A stretch of DNA of 19,091 bases from Candidatus Bathyarchaeota archaeon (GTDB lineage Archaea; Thermoproteota; Bathyarchaeia; Bathyarchaeales; Bathycorpusculaceae), in contig CAVTZU010000002.1 in the NCBI GenBank assembly GCA_963739305.1, positions 1 to 19,091 on the forward strand, given 5' to 3'. A program made the position numbers and the translations under genes. The notes under the pieces were generated by a model that saw only the letters and a list, made by a program, of their open reading frames with translations, did no database searches and was not told where the DNA came from. Within the stretch, counting starts at the first letter, position 1. Each line of letters begins with the position of its first letter. This document shows, in pieces, positions 1 through 7,173 of the stretch.

Positions 1-747
1 CGTGACCATGGAAAACGCGGTTTCCTGAAGGCTGTAACACACGTCTTCAAGTTTGAGATGCTTTTTCTCTAACAGAGCTGTGGCGGCAGTCAGTAGCCCG
101 CTCAAAGAGAGATCCATTCCTTTCACGGTGTACGGGAGAGGAATCAAATCCTTTCCCTTCAAAGCGAGCTTCTCGATCACTGCTCCAAACGGCATTCCCG
201 GTGTCTGGCTTAATCCTGCTTCTCTTGCAAAAACGTCAAGACAGTTTCCTAATGCGATGTCAAGTGTTTCGCCGAAGACTCGGTAGCGTCCAGCGTCGTA
301 GGCTGCAACCATGGTGTTTCCTCCTGAAACGTACAGTGTCACCGGGTCTTTGGCACCAGTTCTCAGCTTGCCTATTTCTATGTGTGCTATGCAATGGTTG
401 ACGCCGACGAGTGGAACATTCAGGTAAGATGACAAGGCTCGGGCCACGGTTGCTCCTGTCCGAAGACATGGCCCCAAGCCTGGACCCTGAGAAAACGCGA
501 CCAGTGATATGTTGGCAGGCTTCATGCCTGATTTGGTGAAGGCTTCGTTTAGTACTTTGTCGGCGACGTCAGCATGATGTCTAGCCGCTTCCCGAGGGTG
601 TATACCACCCTTAGACGGTACGTAAGCATCTATCACGTTGGCCAATATCTTGCCGGCGAAGGTTGATATGCCAACGCTGAAGTCGTCTGCCGTTGATTCA
701 ATTCCCAAACAGTACTTTTCTGCCTTCTTGCCCTTCATTTTCTTCAT
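1..747 (-). CDS. kae1: tRNA N6-adenosine threonylcarbamoyltransferase Kae1 (runs off the left edge; possibly a Kae1-Bud32 fusion)
   Basis: Not in the ORF track. Manual minus-strand translation from ATG 747 (or 738) gives MKKMKGKKAEKYCLGIESTADDFSVG...GGIHPREAARHH, and LEDVCYSLQETAFSMVT at the window edge. These are Kae1/TsaD motifs. Confidence 0.95.
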   Translation of the reverse strand, partial: MKKMKGKKAEKYCLGIESTADDFSVGISTFAGKILANVIDAYVPSKGGIHPREAARHHADVADKVLNEAFTKSGMKPANISLVAFSQGPGLGPCLRTGATVARALSSYLNVPLVGVNHCIAHIEIGKLRTGAKDPVTLYVSGGNTMVAAYDAGRYRVFGETLDIALGNCLDVFAREAGLSQTPGMPFGAVIEKLALKGKDLIPLPYTVKGMDLSLSGLLTAATALLEKKHLKLEDVCYSLQETAFSMVT

Positions 748-837
748 CTTTGAACATGAGTTTTTCCAGGTTTCAGCATACACCTTTTTATTATTAAGTT
801 GCGCATTATAAAGAGGACGAAATTGGAATTGGAGAAA

Positions 838-1212
838 ATGCCGAAACGCAATGACCTTGAACAGAGAGCTTTACAGTTCATAATGACCACCGGCTTTGAA
901 GGCGTGCTCCAGTCAGACTTGTGGCATGAACTTGATGCCAGCAGTCGAGAAGGTTCACGCATAGCTTTGAAGCTTGAGACAAAGGGACTGATCCGAAGGG
1001 AGAAGGAACTCCGTGAGGGAAGGTGGACATACAGAATCTTTCCAAAGAGGCTGCCGGCTTCGATAGACACTATATCGGACTGTCCATGCTTGATGTGCCC
1101 GGATGACCCTCGTTGTGATCCTTCGAGCACGGTTTCACCCCAGAACTGTGATAGACTCACAGAGTGGCTTCACGGAATATCCAGCGGTCCGCCTATTGTT
1201 GGGGACAGCTAG
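838..1212 (+). CDS. Winged-helix protein with C-terminal 4-Cys Fe-S motif; archaeal RPC34/TFE-beta homologue
   Basis: N-terminal wHTH (GVLQSDLWHELDASSREGSRIALKLETKGLIRRE) plus PCLMCPDDPRC...SPQNCDRLTEWL, matching the RPC34/RPC39 C-terminal pattern. ATG 838 follows GGAG; the track starts at TTG 799. Confidence 0.8.
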   Translation: MPKRNDLEQRALQFIMTTGFEGVLQSDLWHELDASSREGSRIALKLETKGLIRREKELREGRWTYRIFPKRLPASIDTISDCPCLMCPDDPRCDPSSTVSPQNCDRLTEWLHGISSGPPIVGDS

Positions 1213-1214
1213 TT

Positions 1215-1832
1215 TTGCCGAAGGCGTGGCTTCAGGACAGGAAAAGAGATTACTACTACAAAAAGGCAAAGCAGGAAATGTACCGTTCAAGGGCGGCGTA
1301 CAAGCTTTTTGAAGCCATCAAGAGGTACCACTTCATAGAATACGGCGATGTCGTTGTAGACTTGGGCGCTGCGCCGGGCGGTTGGATGCAGGCTGCGCGA
1401 AAAACCGTGTGCAACAAAGGCTTCGTCTTGGGCGTCGACCTCAAAGACATCGAACCTTTCCAACAGCCCTACGTTAAGACGATGATATGTGACATAACGG
1501 AACCTGGAACGGTGGAGCAAATCTTGGAGATTATTCCCCGGAGGGCTGACGCTGTCATTTCTGACGCGTCGCCTAACATCTCAGGAGTATGGGAAGTTGA
1601 CCATGCTCGGCAGCTGGAATTGGCTCAGCAAGCGCTCGAAATTGCTTTGCAGATTTTACGGCCTTCGGGCAGCCTTTTCGTTAAGGTTTTTCAAGGCGAC
1701 ATGTTTTCCGACTTCTTGCAGAAGGTGAAGAAGAACTTCGTAAACGTTACCGTTGTAAAGCCAAAAGCCAGCAGACCCAAGAGTGCAGAAATCTTCCTTC
1801 TGGCAAGAGGTTTAAGGACGCAGGAAGCTTAG
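1215..1832 (+). CDS. rlmE: 23S rRNA Um2552 2'-O-methyltransferase (RlmE/FtsJ)
   Basis: DYYYKKAK..YRSRAAYKL, VVDLGAAPGGW, DASPN, KVF and KPKASR..SAE motifs. Probable TTG start at 1215, just after the upstream stop. Confidence 0.95.
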   Translation: MPKAWLQDRKRDYYYKKAKQEMYRSRAAYKLFEAIKRYHFIEYGDVVVDLGAAPGGWMQAARKTVCNKGFVLGVDLKDIEPFQQPYVKTMICDITEPGTVEQILEIIPRRADAVISDASPNISGVWEVDHARQLELAQQALEIALQILRPSGSLFVKVFQGDMFSDFLQKVKKNFVNVTVVKPKASRPKSAEIFLLARGLRTQEA

Positions 1833-1869
1833 ACAGCAGAACATAAATCCTGTCAATGCTTCCTACTGA

Positions 1870-2583
1870 TTGCAGGGTGAGACGTTGAAGGTGATTGCGG
1901 CAGACTCCTCAGCAGCCATACTTAACGAGAAGTTTGTCGTATTATCCATAGTAGCGACCGCTTCAGTCCTCGTTGGGCCTCCATACCGGGAGGCCAGCGC
2001 CTTCCTGGCAGAGCCCATTTTTGTGGATGCTGAAAAGGGGCATGAAGTTGTGATTCATGAAGCAGAGATGTGTCGAGATCTGCTCGCGAAGACGAAGGCG
2101 GACGTCGTTCACTTGGATATGTCTTTAGGCTCTGTTTCTCTTGAGCAGTTGAGCCCTATACAGTTCTCTGAAATGGGTATCTCTGCGAAAGCTCGTCATC
2201 ATCTTCTGAGAGTTTTGCCTCGTCTCAGAAAAATCGGCAATGAGATCACGCAGAAGTATGGCATTGAGGTGTTGGCGATCGGTAAGGAGAGTGTGCCCGT
2301 GAGAATTGCGGAATTGACATCTGGCGCGCATGCAATCCTGTACGCGTGCGCAAAGGCGTCAAAGGAGAAGCAAGTTACCTTACTGGGTTTGCCCTCTAGG
2401 TGCCAACCCCTAATCGTTGGCAAGGGAGTTTATCTGTATTCGCTGATGCCTGCAGAGCACGACGTAAGAGGTTACGCCCAGGATAATGAAGAGATTCTGA
2501 ACAAGGTTAATATTTCAGAGTTTTTAAATCCCTCCGCTAGGGGCTTTCGAGCTTTGAAAATAAACCCAAAGGAGACAGAGTAG
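1870..2583 (+). CDS. Conserved archaeal protein, DUF4152-like
   Basis: 237-aa ORF. The N-terminus KVIAADSSAAIL...VATASVLVGPPY and DVVHLDMSLG resemble DUF4152 as recalled; not searched. Confidence 0.65.
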   Translation: MQGETLKVIAADSSAAILNEKFVVLSIVATASVLVGPPYREASAFLAEPIFVDAEKGHEVVIHEAEMCRDLLAKTKADVVHLDMSLGSVSLEQLSPIQFSEMGISAKARHHLLRVLPRLRKIGNEITQKYGIEVLAIGKESVPVRIAELTSGAHAILYACAKASKEKQVTLLGLPSRCQPLIVGKGVYLYSLMPAEHDVRGYAQDNEEILNKVNISEFLNPSARGFRALKINPKETE

Positions 2584-2640
2584 CTGTCTCTCGCCTTTTG
2601 GAGAACAGCTTCATCAAGAAGGAAGCGAATCGTCACAATC

Positions 2641-3126
2641 GTGATCTTCTTCCTCATATCGATACTTGTAAGCTGCATAGGTGTACTGACTCCTCTAAGC
2701 AAACAAGACGCCGATCAAATCAATCAGGACGTCGAGAACATACGAAGTAATTCAACTGCTCAGAGCATTCTCGTAAACAATCTGCTCATATGCTTGGCAA
2801 TGTTCATTCCGATATTCGGACCCGTATTTGGCTTCTACGCCATGTACAACTCGGGAGTCGCCATCGAGGCGCAGGTCATAGCCACTTCGATGGGGATACC
2901 GCCGATACTCGTCTTCTTCACGGATTTTATTTTGCCTGTTATATGGCTGGAGTTCATCGCGTACTCCATCGCTTTTGCAGAGAGCTTCTGGATCATAAAA
3001 CGTGCGACGCAAGGTTTGCTCAAGAAAGAAATCAAGAATGCCGCCATTCTGATCGCGATATCAGCATTACTGTTGCTGGTTGGTGCAATCATAGAAATAG
3101 CGTTAATCAAGGCTTTTTACGGCTAG
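2641..3126 (+). CDS. Stage II sporulation protein M (SpoIIM/DUF95)-like membrane protein
   Basis: Four to five hydrophobic segments with ILVNN, NSG, LP..WLE and GAIIE motifs. The frame is open upstream to 2584, so the start may be earlier. Confidence 0.75.
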   Translation: MIFFLISILVSCIGVLTPLSKQDADQINQDVENIRSNSTAQSILVNNLLICLAMFIPIFGPVFGFYAMYNSGVAIEAQVIATSMGIPPILVFFTDFILPVIWLEFIAYSIAFAESFWIIKRATQGLLKKEIKNAAILIAISALLLLVGAIIEIALIKAFYG

Positions 3127-3135
3127 CCCTCAAGC

Positions 3136-4008
3136 TCACGATCCGGCCTTCTTCGTTGGCTTGATTTCGAGGCTCACGTCGAAAGCTCTTGGACTTTGAG
3201 TAAGTTCACCGAGACTCACAAGGTCAACTCCTGTTGAAGCGAACTTCAAGACGTTTTCTGCGTTGATCCCCCCGCTCGCCTCCAACAAGATTTTCTTGTC
3301 GCACTTCGCGTTTTTCAACGCCTCTAACGCTTTTCGGACTTTTTCCGGAGAAAAATTGTCCAACATTATGATGTCTGCCTCGGCTCTTGCTGCGCACAAT
3401 GCATCCTCAATTGTCGTCACCTCAACCTCAATTTTCTTGCTGAATGAAGCGTAGTTGCGGGCAGTTTCAACGGCCTTCAGAACGTTTCCGATCACGGCGA
3501 TATGATTGTCTTTTATCAGGACCATGTCATCCAGATGAAACCTGTGAGGGTCTCCTCCGCCGATGTGCACGGCCTTCTTGTCGAAGTACAGTAGACCTGG
3601 TGCTGTCTTCCTTGTGCACGCGACTCTTGTTTTGAACTTGGCCTTGTGCAGTTTCGCGACGAGGTTCCGTGTAGCCGTGGCGATGCCGCTCATGCGTGAA
3701 ACAACATTGAGCAACGTTCTTTCTGCGGTCAGAATAGTCCGGGTATCTCCTGAAATGCTCAGTAAAACTTGGTTCTTTTTCACTTCTTGCCCATCTGTCA
3801 CAGAGGTTTTCACCCGAAGTCCAAGTCCTTCCAGCAGAATCGTGGCTTCCTCGATTCCAGCCACGATGCCGGGTTGTCTTGCGATGATTTGAGCCTGCGC
3901 CCGTGATGAGGCTTCAATTAGAAGCGATGTTGTCACGTCACCTTGACCAATGTCTTCGGCCAACATCTTCAGAAGTTTGGCTTCCAGGATCTTTCGAGGT
4001 ATGAACAT
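3136..4008 (-). CDS. nadC: Nicotinate-nucleotide diphosphorylase (quinolinate phosphoribosyltransferase)
   Basis: ED..GDVTT, ERT.LN..RMSGIAT, TRKTAPG, HR..L.D..LIKDNH, EVEV, IMLDN and EASGGI motifs. Confidence 0.97.
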   Translation of the reverse strand: MFIPRKILEAKLLKMLAEDIGQGDVTTSLLIEASSRAQAQIIARQPGIVAGIEEATILLEGLGLRVKTSVTDGQEVKKNQVLLSISGDTRTILTAERTLLNVVSRMSGIATATRNLVAKLHKAKFKTRVACTRKTAPGLLYFDKKAVHIGGGDPHRFHLDDMVLIKDNHIAVIGNVLKAVETARNYASFSKKIEVEVTTIEDALCAARAEADIIMLDNFSPEKVRKALEALKNAKCDKKILLEASGGINAENVLKFASTGVDLVSLGELTQSPRAFDVSLEIKPTKKAGS

Positions 4009-4053
4009 GCTTGTAACTTCAGGTCTTCAGCTTAAAACGCTTATTGCAGTCTC

Positions 4054-5229
4054 TTATTTGTTAGCAACTTCAATGATTGTGTTCACGGCGTTTTCCAGTC
4101 CGTCATGCTTCGAAGCTTCCTGTTGCACCTCTGCGGCTTTCTCAACCATCCTACTGCTCAGGGTCTCTTTGACTTCTGCGAGGAGTTTCTCTCTGCTTAG
4201 GCGGTCTTGAAGAGCGATTCTTGCGACGCCGATGTCCTCTGCCTGTTTTGCGTTGTTGATTTGTTCGGTGTGTCCAGGAGTCGGTATGAGTATCATGGGT
4301 TTGCCGTAGCACATGCACTGAGTTATCGTTCCATGTCCAGCGCGGCCGATCATGAGGTCGCATGCTTTGAGATACTCGAAACGGTTCGGCACCCACTTGT
4401 AGATGGTCACGTTTCCATGGCGTATGGGTTTGTCGTCGGCGCTCGGGTACCCGTAGGACATCACGATTTCGTAATCATCTGGAAATTCAAGCAGGATCCT
4501 TCTCAGGACACCTGTGACGAAGGCTTTTTCAGAGGTTGGTCCGCTCAGGGGCGCAAAGATAACTGGTTTGTCAACTGGCAGACCTAGCTTCTTGACTAGC
4601 TCCTGCTTCGTGGGCAAATCGTCTGGTCTAGTGGGCAGTATGGGGCCGATGAGCCTTACGTTCTTTCGGTAGGACCTTGGGATGGTGAGGTTGCCGATTG
4701 AAATCGTGTAGGGCGGCGGAAAATCCGGGATAAGAACCGCGTTTACGCTCGTCCAGATTTTTCCGATCAATGTGAGCGTGACCACGTCTGCAAACCTTGC
4801 CAACCTTAGGTTGTGTGTTCTCCGAGGTACTAGCGGCTGAAACTGATTCAAAATACAAATCCTAGGAATCCTTAGCAACCTTGCGGCAAGCAGCGATGAA
4901 GCACGAGAATCTGAGACAACAACGTCTGGTCCAGAGCCCTGTATCGCTGACACTTCAGCATCGATCTGTTTTAAGAGCATGAAAGAAGCCAGAAATGGTC
5001 CAGGGTTGATTGCGGTCTGTCGGAAGTCGATGCTTCCGTCAAGCTTGACCTGAAAACCGACCGGGGGGGATTCTATCAACGGAAACCTTTCGCGTCTGAC
5101 GTAGTCTATTCCTTCGCTGTAAGTTGAAAAGACCAATTCAGCTCCCTTTTCGGAGAGTTTTCTTGCAACAGGTACAACTCGCCCGACGTGTCCCAAGCCG
5201 ATTCCGCATGGAGCGAAGTAGATCTTCAT
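4054..5229 (-). CDS. GT-B glycosyltransferase, family 28 / MurG-like
   Basis: N-terminal CGIGLGHVGR; C-terminal IGRAGHGT..GKPMILIP..GHTEQ..NA. Confidence 0.88.
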   Translation of the reverse strand: MKIYFAPCGIGLGHVGRVVPVARKLSEKGAELVFSTYSEGIDYVRRERFPLIESPPVGFQVKLDGSIDFRQTAINPGPFLASFMLLKQIDAEVSAIQGSGPDVVVSDSRASSLLAARLLRIPRICILNQFQPLVPRRTHNLRLARFADVVTLTLIGKIWTSVNAVLIPDFPPPYTISIGNLTIPRSYRKNVRLIGPILPTRPDDLPTKQELVKKLGLPVDKPVIFAPLSGPTSEKAFVTGVLRRILLEFPDDYEIVMSYGYPSADDKPIRHGNVTIYKWVPNRFEYLKACDLMIGRAGHGTITQCMCYGKPMILIPTPGHTEQINNAKQAEDIGVARIALQDRLSREKLLAEVKETLSSRMVEKAAEVQQEASKHDGLENAVNTIIEVANK

Positions 5230-5444
5230 CAGCTGGTTCCCACCGAGAGAGCGAAGCTCTGGCTGATTGGGCGGTTTTTATCCGCGGCTTGCCCTAGAAA
5301 ATCGTTGAAAACGGGAAACTCCAGCTTCTGCATTAGAGGCAAATGAACTCCGAGCGATTCTTAACTTTTTTGGAATGTTAAGGAGAACTTAAGAAAACAA
5401 TTAAGTCGGATAAGCCGAGTATGGATTGAATTGGAGGACGCGGT

Positions 5445-5774
5445 ATGGCAAAGCAAGAGAAAGCAGTCACGAAGGACATGCTGGTTGGACTGCGGGTTGT
5501 TGACTCAGATGGCAAAGCTGTTGGAAAGGTCAGAGACGTTGCTTTCGTCATCGGGAAGATGGGGCTGTCGTTGTATGTTGAGGGAAAGAAGGGCGATAGC
5601 CGTAATGTAAGTTGGGCTGAGGTTCAAGCAATTGGCGACTTCGTAGTCCTGAAGCCACCAGAAGCTCAGCAACCTCAAGCCACTGTGCAGGCGTGCCCTA
5701 CGTGTGGTGGACCATTGAGATACATCGCGCAGTACCAGAGATGGTGGTGTGACAGAGACAAGAAATACGCGTAG
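5445..5774 (+). CDS. PRC-barrel domain protein with C-terminal zinc-ribbon-like motif
   Basis: LVGLRVVDSDGKAVGKVRDV...VSWAEVQAIGDFVVL is a PRC-barrel pattern, followed by CPTCG...WWCDRD. GGAGG RBS upstream. Confidence 0.85.
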   Translation: MAKQEKAVTKDMLVGLRVVDSDGKAVGKVRDVAFVIGKMGLSLYVEGKKGDSRNVSWAEVQAIGDFVVLKPPEAQQPQATVQACPTCGGPLRYIAQYQRWWCDRDKKYA

Positions 5775-5866
5775 CGCGCGCGGAAAACGCTGCACGCCGG
5801 AACCCGGCACGACCGCCCATTATTGCGAGCCCGGAGGTGCCTGAGGCAAAAGCTAAGCGCGTACTA
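5772..5866. other. GC-rich intergenic multi-hairpin element
   Basis: The ends TAGCGCGCGC and GCGCGTACTA are imperfect inverted repeats. Internal stems are GCCGG-aac-CCGGC and GCC-tga-GGC. Confidence 0.5.
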
Positions 5867-5879
5867 AAACAATTAATAG

Positions 5880-5903
5880 CTGGATACACTTAAGGTTATC
5901 CAG
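5880..5903. promoter_or_regulatory. Inverted repeat CTGGATA-N10-TATCCAG upstream of the cohesin-dockerin gene
   Basis: Perfect 7-bp arms ending 15 bp before ATG 5919. Function inferred. Confidence 0.4.
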
Positions 5904-5918
5904 TCGCGTGGGGTTTGC

Positions 5919-7142
5919 ATGAATGGTAAGATTTTATCGTTGATCCTGTTCTTTGTTTTGGTTTCGTCTTCGTTCATGATGCTGCTTCCAGCGTCCAAGG
6001 CTGTTGAGCCTGTCCGTGTTTACGTTGATCCGCCCAGCGTTGTGGATCCTCCAGTGTTCTTTAATGTGTCCGTGAAACTGGAGAACGTTGCGGACCTGGC
6101 AGGTGCTGAGTGGCAGCTTAAGTGGAATCCGACTGTCCTGAGGGCAGTGAACATCACCGAGGTAATGTTTCATGAGGTAACTCCGCAGAGTGATTGGGAC
6201 AATATTCAGAGACTCTGGCTGGAGACTGACAACGTTCTCGGCGTGGCCAAGTACGCTTACGACTACACTAACGGTGTCAAAGCCAAAGAGAGGGGTTATC
6301 TGCCGATCTCGGGCAACCACACGATGGCAATCATCGAGTTCCAAGTCACAGGCGTTGGCAATTGCAGCTTGGATCTCATCGGATCGAAGCTGGGTGACAT
6401 GAATGCCGAGCCCATTAATCATGAAAATGGCAACGGATTCTTCAGCAACAGCGTTGCGCCTCCACCGCTGCCTCCGTCGCCGATAGAATCCGCAGACGTA
6501 CTGGTGTATCTTGATCCGCATCGAGTGAGAAACGAAAGTCTAGGACCCCAAACGACCTTCTCCATAGCGGTGAAGGTGGACAGTATCGCGAATCATTCAG
6601 GAATGATCTACGTTGAATTTAGCTTGTCGTGGAACTCAACTCTACTGGACTGTCTCAGCGTGACAGATGTGATCATGCATGAAGTCACTCCTCAGAATGA
6701 GTCGGACAACATAGAACTGACCGTGGGTTGGGACAACACGCAAGGCGTTCTTTACTATCTCGGCGATTTCTCCAATTACCTGCGCGCTCAGTCAGGAGGA
6801 TACGGACCTATCTTTGGAAATCACACTATCGCAGTCATCACGTTCCAAGTGAAGGACTATGGCAAATGCTTGCTCCATCTGTTCAATTTTAGGGCGGCCA
6901 GTCCCCCGAGCCTCAGCGTACTGCTTTATGCAACGATGGACGGATACTTCGCCAACACGTTGAACGGTGACGTGAACTGCGACAATGCTGTCAACTTGTT
7001 CGACGCCATATTGCTGGCAAAATCCTTTGGAACTCGGCCTTTAGACATGAATTGGAGTGAAGATGCTGATATCAACGGTGATGGTAGCGTTGATGTTTAT
7101 GATGCGATAGCGTTATGCCGCTGCTTTGGACATACAAGATGA
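5919..7142 (+). CDS. Secreted protein: signal peptide, two cohesin-like domains, C-terminal dockerin
   Basis: Hydrophobic N-terminus. Two homologous repeats (VYVDP..F.V.VK..L.WNPTVL..HEVTPQ..GNHT.A.I.FQV..G.C.L.L) joined by a Pro-rich linker. Duplicated Ca-binding loops GDVNCDNAVNLFDA and ADINGDGSVDVYDA. Confidence 0.85.
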   Translation: MNGKILSLILFFVLVSSSFMMLLPASKAVEPVRVYVDPPSVVDPPVFFNVSVKLENVADLAGAEWQLKWNPTVLRAVNITEVMFHEVTPQSDWDNIQRLWLETDNVLGVAKYAYDYTNGVKAKERGYLPISGNHTMAIIEFQVTGVGNCSLDLIGSKLGDMNAEPINHENGNGFFSNSVAPPPLPPSPIESADVLVYLDPHRVRNESLGPQTTFSIAVKVDSIANHSGMIYVEFSLSWNSTLLDCLSVTDVIMHEVTPQNESDNIELTVGWDNTQGVLYYLGDFSNYLRAQSGGYGPIFGNHTIAVITFQVKDYGKCLLHLFNFRAASPPSLSVLLYATMDGYFANTLNGDVNCDNAVNLFDAILLAKSFGTRPLDMNWSEDADINGDGSVDVYDAIALCRCFGHTR

Positions 7143-7173
7143 ACCGTGCTGTTTAGCGCGCGGTTTCAGCGAC

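Noticed and set aside
53-469. Short track ORFs at the left edge
   Set aside because: They overlap kae1, which the track missed because it is truncated by the window edge.
5271-5286. GCGGTTTTTATCCGC as a seventh copy of the array motif
   Set aside because: Only the TTTTATCC half matches; it lacks the GTAAAG half and the AACC tail.
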